DNA of 64,000 nt from Squalus acanthias (lineage: Eukaryota): contig CM059432.1 in NCBI GenBank assembly GCA_030390025.1, forward strand, positions 44,146,001 to 44,210,000, in the 5' to 3' direction. A program made the position numbers and the translations under genes. This document shows positions 52,382-64,000 of the stretch, piece after piece. The notes under the pieces were generated by a model, which made no database searches, was not told the DNA's origin, and saw only the letters and a program-made list of their open reading frames with translations. The first letter of the stretch is position 1, and every line of letters starts with the position of its first letter.

Positions 52382-53255
52382 AGTTTTTTGGACTGGAGAA
52401 AGGTATACAGTGGTGTTCCCCAGCGGGCGGTACTCGGGCCACTGCTTTTCTTGATGTATATTAATGACCTGGACTTGGGTGTACAGGGCTCAATTTCAAA
52501 ATTTTCAGATGACACGAAACTTGGAAGTATAATGAACAGTGAGGAGGATAGTGATCGACTTCAAAAAGACATAGACAGGCTGGTGAAATGGGCAGACATG
52601 TGGCAGATGAAGTTTAATGCAGAAAAGTGCAAAGTGATACATTTTGGTAGGAAGAATGAGGAGAGGCAATATAAACTAAAGGATACAATCCTAAAGGGGG
52701 TGCATGAACAAAGAGACCTGGGGGTATATGTGCAAAAATCATTGAAGGTGGCAGGGCAAGTTGAGAAAGCGGTTAAAAAAGCATACGGGATCTTGGGCTT
52801 TATAGATAGAGGCATAAAGTACAAAAGCAAGGAAGTTATGATGAACCTTTATAAAACACTGGTTCGGCCTCAACTGGAATATTGTGTCCAATTCTGGGCA
52901 CCGCACTTCAGGAAGGATGTGATGGCCTTGGAGAGGGTGCAGCAAAGATTTACGAGAATGATTCCAGGGATGAGGGACTTTGGTTACGTGGATAAACTAG
53001 AGAAGCTGGGGTTGTTCTCCTTAGAGCAGAGAAGGTTGAGAGGAGATTTGATAGAGGTGCTCATAATCATGAGGGGTCTAGACAGAGTAGACAGAGAGAA
53101 ACTGTTTCTGTTGGCGGTAGGGTCAAGAATCAGAGGACACAGATTCAAGGTGATTGGCAAAAGAACCAAAGGCAACATGAGGAGAAACATTTTTACGCAG
53201 CAAGTGGTTAGGATCTGGAATGTACTGCCTGAAAGGGTGGTGGAGGCAGACTCAA
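52382..53255 (+). mobile_element. CR1 RT C-terminal fragment
   Basis: ORF 52361-53281 with SGVPQ.AVLGP, KFSDD and LVRPQLEY. Confidence 0.92.
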
Positions 53256-55184
53256 CTAGTGCAAAATATCGCAGGAACTAGATTTGCACTGAAAATGATT
53301 TGCGCTTAAAATTCTGCGATCTTTTGCGCTGGTTTGGCCAACTTCGTGCGAATTGCGCTGAAAAAGCCAGCACAACCTAGCGGAAACTCCTGCCCATCAC
53401 CTTTTAATTATTTTGATTTTATCTATAGTAAGCATTAGTTGTATTTTATTTTTGCATATTAAAAAAAAGAAAGACTTGCATTTATATAGGGCCTTTCATG
53501 ACCACCGGACTTCCCAAAGCGCTTTACAGCCAATGAAGTACATTTTGAAGTGTAGTCACTGTTGCAATGTAGGAAACTAAACAGATATTATCTACTTGTT
53601 ATTTGTAGTGATGAAAGCAGGTTTGATGTCTAATGAGATCAAAGACTTTTCCCTACATTAAGCATAAACTGGGTAATCAGATATTCCGTCTAAAATGAAG
53701 ATATGCAGATTGAATAAAGACTGTTGTCAATCTCTAATTAATTCATTAATTGAATAATTAAATTGGTGTGTTGCGCTTGAAGCAAATTTAAAATTGTTAG
53801 CACAAGGACTTGTCTGGTGGTGAAAAACAATATTTTTCAATCTGTTAGTAAATCTGAAATAAGTATAAGCTGGATAGCGGCTAAGAGAGCAGGCGGATAA
53901 GGAAGAACTGGGAGGGGGACCCACTGACCCCAAACCCCAAATTTGAACCAGATGGCTGGTGGAAATTGCGTGAGCATTTAAATTGCAGTATTTTGATGTG
54001 GTGAAGCAATGGGAACTGTGCAGTGGAAATAGTGGGAGACAGGACAGGTGGTGGAGGGGTCTGCCGGAGTTGGGAGCCGTGATCGGGAATACAATGTTGC
54101 GTGGTCATCGCTAGTCAGTCACAGGAAAGATTTATATCACAGTTCCACCTAGCTGGGAGTTTCAGCTACTTGGACTAAAGCAGCACCTTTTGAAATAAAT
54201 AAGAAAATTCAAGGGTGATGGAAATTAGTATGACAGAAAAATCATAACCGATTGGAGTGTTAACAGGAAGTCTCAGACTGACGGGAAGAGCATATATATG
54301 CAAGAATGTTAATAGTTATCTTTATAGATATACGGATTAGCACAGTCCACCTAAAATTAAAAGAGTGCCACAATTAATTTACAAAGTAATATAATGTATA
54401 CCTTCATTGCCTGTGACAAGCATTTGTATCTTTTGAGTGTGGATGTTAAAGGAAAGCTATGTTTCTCTCATTTGTCATTCATGTTTGCAGCCAAGAGTGC
54501 TGGTGGTTTGTCTGTTTCCAGGTCTCTACTAGTGCTACCATTAAATGGCTGCTGGGAAGTGAAAATAAATTGGGGACAATCCTTCAATATTTTCCCCATT
54601 CTCTTTCAGGGGCATGAATGGTTTAATTGATGTCTCACTACTTTGTAGTGATGCGGATTGGTATTCCAATGTGTTCTATTACACATCAAAGCAACAGGTT
54701 TTTTTTAAATACTTTTGCCTATCCCTATAATTAAAAATTGATGTAGACTGTTGCACATTAAATGTGTAGTTACACATTGAATGAGCAGGGCATCTGTATT
54801 TATAAGACACCTTATCACGTCTTCTTGATGTCCCAAAGCACTTCACAACCAATTAATTACCTTCTGAAGTTGCAGTCACTATTGTTATGTAGGTAAACAC
54901 TGGCCAAATTTATGCGCAACAAGATCCCACAAATAGCAATGAGATGAATAACCGGTTAATTTGTTTTTGTGGTGTTTGTTAAGGATGGAATTTTGGCCAG
55001 GATATTGAGAGAACTCTCTACTATTTGAATAATGGCATGAGATGGTTTACATGCATCCATCTGAACAAATGGAACAAGCAGTCGGGGGGCTTCGGTTTAA
55101 TGTCTCATCAAAAGATAGCACCTCCAACAATGCAGCACTTCCTTAACACAGCACTGAAATGTCAACCTAAATTATGTACTCGAG

Positions 55185-55391
55185 TAACAACAGAAAACGC
55201 TGGAAAAACTCAGCGGGCCAGACAACATCCGTGGAGAGAGAAAGAGTTAACGTTTCAGGTCGATGACCTTTCGTCAGACCTGAAACGTTAACTCTTTCTC
55301 TCTCCACGGATGTTGTCTGGCCCGCTGAGTTTTTCCAGCGTTTTCTGTTGTTATTTCGGATTTCCAGCATCCGCAGTATTTTGCTATCGTG
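55185..55391. repeat. Perfect 77-bp inverted repeat (55185-55261 / 55277-55353) formed by Penelope pLTR sequence
   Basis: Arms checked base by base; 15-nt spacer. 13-bp TSD ttatgtactcgag / ttatgtactcaag. Confidence 0.9.
55244..55280 (-). ncRNA. Minimal hammerhead ribozyme core
   Basis: - strand CTGACGA-aaggtc-atc-gacct-GAAAC-gttaact with intact helix II and palindromic aacgtt helix III. Confidence 0.7.
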
Positions 55392-55498
55392 TTATGTACT
55401 CAAGTGCTGGGTCCTGGAGTGTGCCTCTTTCTCAGAGGTGAGAGTGCGATCAACTGAACCAAGCTGTGGTATTGCATATTAAATATGTCGACCCAATG

Positions 55499-55859
55499 TT
55501 GTTGTTGTTGTTTCGTATGACGGGAAAAGCTTATAATGGGATGTCTAGTTTGGCTATTCATTCGATGGCCTCATGAGGTGCCTCCCACAACAGATCTTAG
55601 TGGGCAGGTTGTGTTCGATGGTCTGAGACTCATGGCCACAGTCGCACTTCGGGTCGTCCCTCATCTTTTACTTGTGGAGCAGATGGTCGCATCGTTCATG
55701 CCTGTGTGGATTCGGTTGAGTGCTGTCCACTGTCTTCAAGGGAGGTCGAAGCCAGGGACCTCTGCTGTTGGGTCAGTGATGAGGTGTTGGTCTATATGTT
55801 GCATGCGTCCCATGATCTCGTCCATCTGGATAGTGGGTCGATACCAGTTGTGTGAATAT
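55499..55859 (-). mobile_element. Vingi/Ingi-type LINE 3' fragment
   Basis: VPGFDLP*RQWTALNRIHTG...DDPKCDCGHESQTIEH. Tail catacgaaa(caa)n. TSD tgtcgacccaatg / tgtcgacacaatg. Confidence 0.75.
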
Positions 55860-55942
55860 TGTCGACACAATGAACTAGTAACATCACTTAATTTATTTTT
55901 TCAATTTTTTTTCTCCAGCTGCAGCCTTTGTTTTTGAACCTG

Positions 55943-55945
<3 letters not shown>

Positions 55946-55978
<33 letters not shown>

Positions 55979-56023
55979 CATACATACATACATACATACA
56001 TACATACACATATATACATACAT

Positions 56024-56070
<47 letters not shown>
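55946..56070. repeat. Compound (TA)n/(TACA)n microsatellite
   Basis: Directly visible. Confidence 0.97.
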
Positions 56071-56071
<1 letters not shown>

Positions 56072-56577
56072 TTTTTTTTAAATAATATTTATAGCAAAAA
56101 TACATATAACATTTAAATTATTCTGGAAAAAAAACATAAAACCAACTAGAACTGGTTTCTAACTAGAATGTTAGAAATGCCTCCAAGATGTTTCACCTGC
56201 ACAGGCCTGCCCCATCTGGACCTGGGGCTTGAATTCTGCTGCATTCCTCAGTTCGACCACGTACTTGGGCCCTCCCTTAATCAAGAGGCTCAACCAAGTA
56301 GCTGACTCTCAGGCCATGAATTTAATGGAGGAGGCGGCTTGGAGTCGGGTTGCCTGGTGGGCGGGTTCTGGTCCTGCTGCCGCTTTCAGCCGCTCCCGAT
56401 TTGCGATTTTAAATTAAGTGGCCTCATTAGGCCGGCCGTGCACGCTGCCCGGCCCAATGAGTGGGAACGGGTCTGCTGCTCTCCTCTGATGACGTCATTG
56501 CTTCAGTTTTTAAGGGGCCCATATAGCCTCAGCTTGTCATTTCGTTTGTACTGCTGTGGGAATCGGCCCAGGTGACC

Positions 56578-58448
56578 ATGACTGCTGCCAAAGCAAAGGC
56601 TGCTCCACGCTTCGATGAGGACTCCCTCCAAGCTCTTGGGGAGGGAGTCAGAGGGTGCAGGGAGATTGTGTTCCCTCCTGATGGCCGGAGGGAGTCTCCT
56701 CAGCAAACAAAGGCATCCTGGCTGCGAATTGCTGAGGAGGAAATTGCTAGGTCCTAGGTCCAGTGCCGAAAATGGTTCAATGATCTTCTGCGCTCATCAA
56801 AAGTGAGTATCACATCACACTTACCTTCAATCTGCTTCCCTTCTCTTCTCATCACCAGCACTCTGCTTTGTCAGCCTGCTCCTCCACATCCCACCTTACC
56901 CTTACTTCCCTTGCACCCTTACCTATCCATCTCTCTCTCTGTACTGAATGACTTCACCATCCTACTATGCACCCCTCACACTCGCTCTCACTGTTATGCA
57001 ATGACAACAACTAACAACTTCCTCTTGGCACCTCACTCCACCTTGATCTTCCTCTGAGCTTCTATGTTATGGATTCTTCACAGTCACTCCATCAATCATG
57101 CTGAAACTCCACTTGTGTCCCTCCTTGCAGGAAAAGATAGCCCACAATAAGAGGAAGAGAGCGACGACAGGAGGAGGGCCACCATCCCTCGCTACATTGA
57201 CAAGTGCTGAGGAGGCTGCTTATGACATCGTGGGAGGTAGCGAGGAGCTGGAAGTGGGGGACGGAAAGACGGGCGCACTAGAGGAAGCTGCCAGAATAGA
57301 TTTTCAACCCTCTCATTTAGATTTCATGATTGACTGAAATGGCATATGATGTTCATACAGATTGACTTTTGATCATCTGCACAAGAGGATGTGTCTGCTA
57401 CCTAAAAATCAGATGTCTAACTCATGCCTTTACTCTCCCACAGGACCATCGAGAGCTCCCCTCACCACTGTCCAGGAAGAAGAGCCGGACGACTCCTCAG
57501 AGGAACCTGCCTCTGAGGGAGTAGCATCACCAGGACTCAGCGCACCCAGCACCAGCGCAGAAATGCACACCTCGGCGGGTCCTTCACGACATAGAGTAGT
57601 GTTGTAACCTGGAGTATCACAGTTCACAAGTGAGCATCAGCAGATGGTGGAGACAGCGACAGCAGTGGAGAGTCCTCGTTCAGTACGCTCCTAGCTCTGC
57701 TCAGCTGCATGTAGACGCTGTGCCTCTGGGGCCATCCAGAAAGAGAGCGGTGCTGGAACTCCAGGAACAAGTGCAGGAGTCTCTGACAGGGTTTGCATCC
57801 ACTGTAACTGCGAGCGTGCAGAGAATGGAGGAGTCCATCTCAAACATGAGCACTGCCTTGGTGGAGGCAATGGCGCATGAACGTGCCGCCATGGAGAGGG
57901 TGGCAACCTCCATGGGGGAGATAACTCGCCAGACTCAACAGAGCATGGTGACTCTTCTAAATAGATGGTCTGCTATGGAGGATAGATGGGCATCTATTGA
58001 GGAGAGATACCAGAGGTACATGGACGTCCCCGTTATGAGGACTGTCAGTACAGAGATGGGTCCTTATGGCCCCACTGATGTTCAGCAAGGTGCTCTCCAG
58101 CCACTTGCTAGCAGTGAAGTGCAGGTGACCCATGAGAGGGATGTTGGTGGCCGACAACAAGGAAGTGTGGGCTCCTCTCCAAGCGCTCACACGACCATGC
58201 CACTGTGGAGCCCTCGGTCAGAGCCCCAGATTCTGCACCCAACTGAGATGGCCGTCTCAGCTCCTGCACAGCCGCAGGAAGAGCAGACTGTGGAGGAGCC
58301 CTCCCAGGCTCCCAAACCCAGAGGACGCCCGCCAAAGGCGTCTAAGCAGACGCAGCACAAAAGTGAGCAAGGTGCCTCTACATCTGCTGAAGCCACAGGG
58401 GAAGCACCACATAGAAGTAAGCATAAGAGAAAGTTAACACACAAATAG
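56578..58448 (+). pseudogene. Harbinger Myb/SANT partner gene, 3 exons (56578-56802, 57131-about 57290, 57444-58448), disrupted
   Basis: APRFDEDSL...W..IA...QCRKWFNDL|gtgagt, then cag|EKIAHNKR...TGGG. Premature stops. Confidence 0.82.
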
Positions 58449-58699
58449 TCACAAAGGTAGTCACTTGGGTGTTTTCTTATGTTAGAAAGTATCGATTGTC
58501 ATCATGATTGTGATGTGATTAAACAAAAGTGATGGTGAAGATTTGGCTTATGTGTTCTGAGAAATGGAAGTTGCACAGTAAAGGCTCAGGGCGACATGCA
58601 ATTGTAATGATGGTGGTGAGAGTGATAGGAAAGTACCGTTTATTGGAGAGATGATGTATGGCGTGTTAAGAAGGTCGTCCAGACATTCATAGCCATCTG

Positions 58700-59926
58700 C
58701 CAGCCACCTGTGGTTGAAGCGTAAGCTTACGCGAAGCTGGCATGGATGACTGCATCCCTTGCCTGACTGCCAGCAATATGGTCGCGTGCTGCTGGATTCG
58801 CCACATCCAGCCCCGCAAGACGTGCCTCCTCCTCGCCGTCGTCCTCGTCCTCCTCTTCCGAGGAGGCTCTGCGCTGAGCCACTTATTCCTCAGGCAGCGC
58901 TAAACCACGCTGCTGTGCGATGTTGTGCAGGGCACCGCAGACGACGATGATTCTGGACACCTTGGCTGTTGCATATTGCAGGGCTCCACCAGATCTGTCG
59001 AGGCATCGGAATTGCGTTTTGAGCAAGCCGATGGTTTGCTCTATGATGCTTCTGGTGGAAATGTGACTCACATTGTACCGCTCCTCAGCTTCGTTTGATG
59101 GCCTCCTCTTCGGTGTCATGAGCCACTTTTTCAGGGGATAGCCCTTGTCGCCAAGTAGCCATCTGGAAAGTTGCGTTGGCGGATTGAAGAGCTGAGGCAC
59201 AGTAGACTGCCGCAGGATGAAGGAGTCATGGTAACTGCCAGGGTACTTTGCGCAAACATGCATGATCTTCCTGTGGTTACACACCAGTTAAGGGAGTGGA
59301 ATTCCTTGCGGTTGACAAATACAGCTGGGTTGTGATAGAGGGCCCTAATGGCTACATGTGTGCAGTCTACGACACCCTGCAGCCTTGGGAAGCCTGCCAT
59401 ATTTACAAAGCCAACCGCACGCGCGGTCACACTTGCTTCATCTGTGGAGAAGTAGATGTAATTGTGCGACTTTGCAAAGAGAGCATCGGTAGCCTGCGTG
59501 ATGCCGACTGGGAGATGCCGCTGATGTCTGCAGCTGATCCCTGGAAGGAGTTCGAAGCAAAGAACTTTAGTGCGGTGGTGACTTTGACAGCCACAGGTAA
59601 GGAGTGTCCACATGCTCCTCTGGGCTCCAGGTGTTGGTGCAGCATTGCACAGATGTCAACGACTATGTCTCGCGACAGTCTCCGCCTCCTTTGGCACTGC
59701 TGCTCACTCATGTTGAGGAAGCTCATCCTCTGCCTGTAAATCCTGTGTTGGGGGTATCTCCTGCAGCAAGGTGCAGCCCTGCACTGATGCCCTCTGTCCT
59801 GTGCATCATCAGGCGGATGAGGAGAAGGTTGGCACTCCTGTTGATGGTGCTGCTGCTGTGCTGTTGCCGCGGCTGCTCTTCCTCCGAATCTGACGACCAG
59901 GATGAGAGGATATAAATGATTCCCAT
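58700..59926 (-). pseudogene. Harbinger DDE transposase, frameshifted
   Basis: [50 protein letters not shown] and LHN. Confidence 0.9.
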
Positions 59927-60496
59927 ACCGCTGGTATATATCCCAGTCGAGGAATAGATGTTGTTTGCGCTCAGCCAAAGTGGCCAGAGAGTTTTCCAAG
60001 GAGGTCACACTGCAGATGGATTTCAGCTTGAACTCTCACAAGATTAGTAGAGCTGCAAAATGTGTCCCAAAACCTCAAAGCACTAAGTTATGGCATCTGA
60101 ACCTCAGAGATGTTGCAGGACCGCTTTTAAGCTGTTGGAGCAGCTGTCATCATTTCAGGTCCTTGGTAAACCCGGCACAATACAGCTGGCGTGTTTGTCT
60201 GACGACGGGCAGCACATAGAAAAAGCTGCAAAATCGCAACAGCCAGTTAAAATAAGATTATCAAGGCAGTTAATAAGCTGTTAACTGCCTTAAGTGCCTC
60301 TCCCGCCATTCGGTGTCAAGTCAGATCGGGACTCGCTGACCTGACACTTGCCAAAATAGCATAGGGGCAGGATGGCGGCGGGTTTGCAACCTGTCGTCAA
60401 TCTTTCAGATTTTCGCAACTGACTCGCCTTCAAACCTGCCCTCTGAGCTCTATTAAATTCGCGGCCTCCGTGTCACTCTGCGCATACCATACTGGT

Positions 60497-60519
60497 GGAC
60501 TACAAATCCCAGAAAGCAC
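60497..60519 (+). promoter_or_regulatory. ZNF143/Staf-like motif
   Basis: ggactacaaatcccagaaagcac is close to the ACTACAnnTCCCAnnATGC consensus. Confidence 0.4.
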
Positions 60520-60796
60520 CAGCATTAATATGCCTGACTCTGATAGCGTATAACTCTAAAAGTATAGTTTGACTTGTCATTTTGTCCTGCGTCTAATACA
60601 AGTTTGCAGACAATATGAAGATGTATGCTATTGTTGGGACCATCAATGAGAAAAAGAGACTACAATCGGATCTAGGTGTGATGGGGAAATGGGCCCGCAG
60701 TTGACAGATGTCATTTAATGTGGATAAATATAGTGTCCTGCACATGGGTAGGTCGAACATGAAGCTTGTATATACCATGCTTGGTACAGAATTAAT

Positions 60797-62526
60797 GGCC
60801 GCGATTTTGCCGGCGCTCAGAGGCGGGTCCCCTGTCAAAATCGAAACGATTGACAGCGGTTAGGAACCCACTCCGAACCCGTCTCCATGCAAGTTTCCAA
60901 AGTGTCGGGTCTGCAATTTCAGAGCAGACCCGAAAACAAGCGACGGGGAAGGCATTTAAGATATTTAAATGCTTGTTAACTACTATTTTGCCAGCCTATT
61001 TCTATTTTACCACTTTTTTAATGGGGTTCACGTCATTCGGAGATCACGTCAGGTAAGTAGGTCGGGTTCTCTATGTCTCCCCATTGCTGTGAATAGGTGA
61101 CAGCTGCAAAAGTGGTATGAAAGCTACCATTTCAGATCTGGTCACTTTCCAATGTCAGAAACTTGAGCCTTCAGGACTTGGAAGACACTTTTGAACTTTA
61201 TGCAGTTTGGAATTGTTTGGAGTAAACTCTCTATTCGCTGTCACCTCCTTGGAGCAAGCTCTCTCACCATTGACAGATCGCTTCTGTCATCTCAACTTCA
61301 GCTGCCATCTATTCCAGTAACATTGGTGCCTTTGGAAAAAATCTCACCTTGGTCCTCTGAATTCCTCCACGATTAGCCCCAGCGCCAACATCACCAGGCA
61401 CACCAACAACAATACCAACCTTCTCCGCAATCACCTAATGCTGCACAGGGCATCAGCACCCGACAACATTGTTGCCCGGGAGGCCAGCGATGGCATCACC
61501 ATGGCCAGATTTACTTCACTTAACATTGTACAACCTGGCTGCCACATGATGCACAAGGTTGGCACCACCCCACACCAGTACCATAAAGCATCCCCACTAT
61601 GCCCAAGCCATTCCTTTCACACTCGTCGCCATTATGGCGGGGGTGGGGAGGGGGGTTACCCTTATGTCTCACTTTTCACTACAACTCACTAAGCCACTTC
61701 CAAAGGTGCACACAAATCTGTCCAAGAATGCAAAGTGTGAAAATAAATGTTTGACAGCACATGAACATTGGCTAAACCACCCAAGTGCCGACCCTTGTGC
61801 GTTATTAGTTGGTATGCTTGCAGTAGCTTGAGGGTGAGTGTGAGGGATGGCTAGTGAGATGTGATAATGTAGATAGAGAGGGATGGTTGGAGGTGCAAGG
61901 TAAGTTAGTGTGAGTAAGATGTGCAGGAGTAGGGTAGGGAAGGCAAAGTGATGTGGATGTGATGAGTAGCACAGCAGGATGAGGTTGAGTGTGGCTTGGC
62001 AGTAACGTTTCATGATCTGCTCAGATCATTGAAAGGTTTGCGCCACTGCAGCCTGGTCCTCCTGACGACATCCCTGCTTGTGCCCTCCTGTGCAATGTAC
62101 AACCAGGCTGCGTTGATCTCCTGGGGAGGTCTCTTCCACCCATGGGAAGGGAAGAGAACCTCCCTGCATGCTGTGACTCCCTCCATAAAGCATATGAAGG
62201 GAGTAATGGGAGAGCCTGGGTGCAGCTGTGCACCTTTGTACAGTGCTTGTCAGTGTTTGCAGCACCTCATTGCTGCAGAACACTGACAGCAGAACTGTCG
62301 ATCAATTTGGACATGGCCCCTTTAAGGAAACCAGCTGATGACGCGTCATCAAATGATGTCATCAGACCCGATTCCTATTAATTGGCCGGGAACCTCCCAG
62401 GGCAGGCTTAACAAACCCAATCAACAAAAAATCGCTTGGTAATTCAGGCTGAAGTAGGAAGTGGGCTGAGACCGTGACACTGACCTCGGCTGCCCCGGAC
62501 CCGCCTCGGTCGGCGAAATCGTGGCC
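60797..62526. mobile_element. Internally deleted Harbinger (1730 bp)
   Basis: 16-bp TIRs ggccgcgattttgccg / cggcgaaatcgtggcc (14/16) and perfect aat TSD. Retains a Myb exon-1 remnant (-) and the transposase 5' end (+). Confidence 0.88.
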
Positions 62527-62892
62527 AATGTCTTTTGAGTGGGAGAAGGACCTAGGAGTTACTTTGCGTGAGTCTCTGAAGATACATGACCACTCCCAAG
62601 AGGCTATTGCGAAGCTATAATAGAATACTAGGATGTATAGCGCTGATGAACCAGTATAAAACAAAAGAACCACAGTGTCCTTATACAAGATCCTGGTTAG
62701 ACATCATCTGGAATATTGTGTCCCGTTTTGGCCCCCTCACATGGTGGATGATATCGAGGCCCTGGAAAGATTCAAGGAAGGGCCACTAAAATGATCTAGT
62801 TTAAAAGCCCTTGGTTATCACAACAGGCTTAGAGAGCTGGGCCTCTTTACATTAGAAAGGCATAGACTTTGGGGTGATTTAATTGAAGTATT

Positions 62893-63193
62893 CGACAGCA
62901 CCTCCCAAACCCACGACCTCGGGCAGCAGGTGTATGGGAACACCATCACCTCCAAGCTCCCCTCCAAGTCACACACCATCCTGACTTGGAAATATATTGC
63001 CATTCCTTCACTGTCGCTGGGTCAAAATCCTGGAACTCCCTCCCTAACAGCACTATGGGAGTACCTTCACCATACGGACTGCAGCGGTTCAAAAAGGCGG
63101 CTCACCACCACCTTCTCAAGGGCAATTAGGGATGGGCAATAAATGCTGGTCTTGCCAGAGATGGCCACATCCCATGAACGAATAATAAAAAAA
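62893..63193 (+). mobile_element. 3' end of poly(A)-tailed CR1/Jockey-group LINE
   Basis: Matches 27400-27712. Confidence 0.8.
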
Positions 63194-64000
63194 ATGTAAA
63201 TGATGAAGGGACTAGCCTGTATCTGTGTGGACAAATAATTTTAACTAGATAGGTTAGGGTAAACGAGGGGTCATGAATATAAGCTACGTCAACCTAAAAC
63301 TAGGTTAGATATCAGGAGATTCATCTTTACGTAGACAGTTATCGGCACATGGAATAAGTTACTGACTCGTGTGGCGAGTGTGGATTTACTATAACGATTC
63401 AAAAAGGAGCTGGATGAATTATTTTCTGTAGCTAATATCACTGCATACAAAGTTAGTTGGGATGTTGGGTATGTACCTCATGGTCACTGACCTCCTGAAC
63501 TTGTTTTGATCACATTTGGGGGTCGGAGAACAATTTCCCAGATTTTCTTTCCCTCAATTGGCTGAGTGTTTTTAAAATCTGTTTTTCCCTTTCCCAGGAG
63601 ATTACATGGCTGCAGATGGGAGGGAACACTGAGGTTACAATGCTTATTACGTGACTATTTGGGGCATGCCTGATGGACCCAGTGGTCTTTTGCTGTCCGT
63701 ATTTTTGTATGTAGGTACAAATAAGAAGTCCTGCTGTCAGCCACAAAAAGTCTGGTGTCTTAAAGACATTCCTGTTTCTGATTGGACAAAGAAAAAGTCA
63801 TTTGCAACTTTCTGATGAGAAATCAAACCCAGGAGCAAAACATTATCTGGCTCTGCTTCTATTGGTGTACTGTAGCTTTAATTTTAAATTCTATCCTATG
63901 TCTCTTCCTGCTGTTGACCCACTGCTTTGCTCGCCACCCCAAATTGTGCTGTGCTGGGCTTACCAATTAAGAATTGAACTACAATAAATGATACAAACAT

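Larger units (their letters stand above)
54790..55465 (-). mobile_element. Old Deu-domain SINE split by the Penelope hairpin
   Basis: Diverged reverse complement of 42350-42800. Confidence 0.65.
56224..60467. mobile_element. Full-length (about 4.2 kb) two-gene PIF/Harbinger transposon, decayed
   Basis: Imperfect TIRs ggggcttgaatt / aattcgcggcct, TSD cct/ccg, convergent Myb/SANT (+) and transposase (-) genes. Confidence 0.85.
60590..63700 (+). mobile_element. Old CR1 fragment split by a Harbinger (60797-62526) and a poly(A) LINE (62893-63193)
   Basis: KFADNMK, HLEYCV.FW and RLWGDLIEV remnants continue across both insertions. Confidence 0.7.

Noticed and set aside
55893..56116. Tyr/Ile-rich ORFs
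   Set aside because: Translation of the (TA)n microsatellite.
1..64000. CRISPR arrays, rRNA, tRNA genes, prokaryotic operons
   Set aside because: None seen. The tRNA-like A/B boxes belong to SINE heads and the DNA is vertebrate.

Overview
Eukaryotic DNA, not microbial. The repeat content (CR1/HER1-type LINEs, V-domain and Deu-domain SINEs, GC-rich Harbingers) points to a cartilaginous fish, probably a shark; the species cannot be named from the sequence. The only confidently identified host coding sequence is the last two exons of PIP4P2/TMEM55A (139-229 and 9638-9781, + strand) plus its 3' UTR. A CpG-rich promoter with 5' exons of an unidentified next gene sits at about 39.0-39.9 kb, and a second, antisense promoter-like module at about 47.1-47.65 kb. 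Most of the rest is nested transposable elements: many CR1 LINEs (one with an intact 869-aa ORF), RTE, L2, Vingi, Penelope pieces with minimal hammerhead ribozymes, four two-gene PIF/Harbinger elements and several MITEs. The most unexpected signal is two mutually homologous, heavily decayed protein-coding tracts (about 25.2-27.2 kb and 33.9-38.9 kb). Their + strand translations carry, in order, motifs resembling paramyxovirus nucleoprotein and matrix protein, making them a candidate pair of ancient multi-gene endogenous paramyxovirus-like elements. That call rests on manual motif comparison from memory and needs profile searches. TE boundaries without a stated TSD/TIR are approximate.
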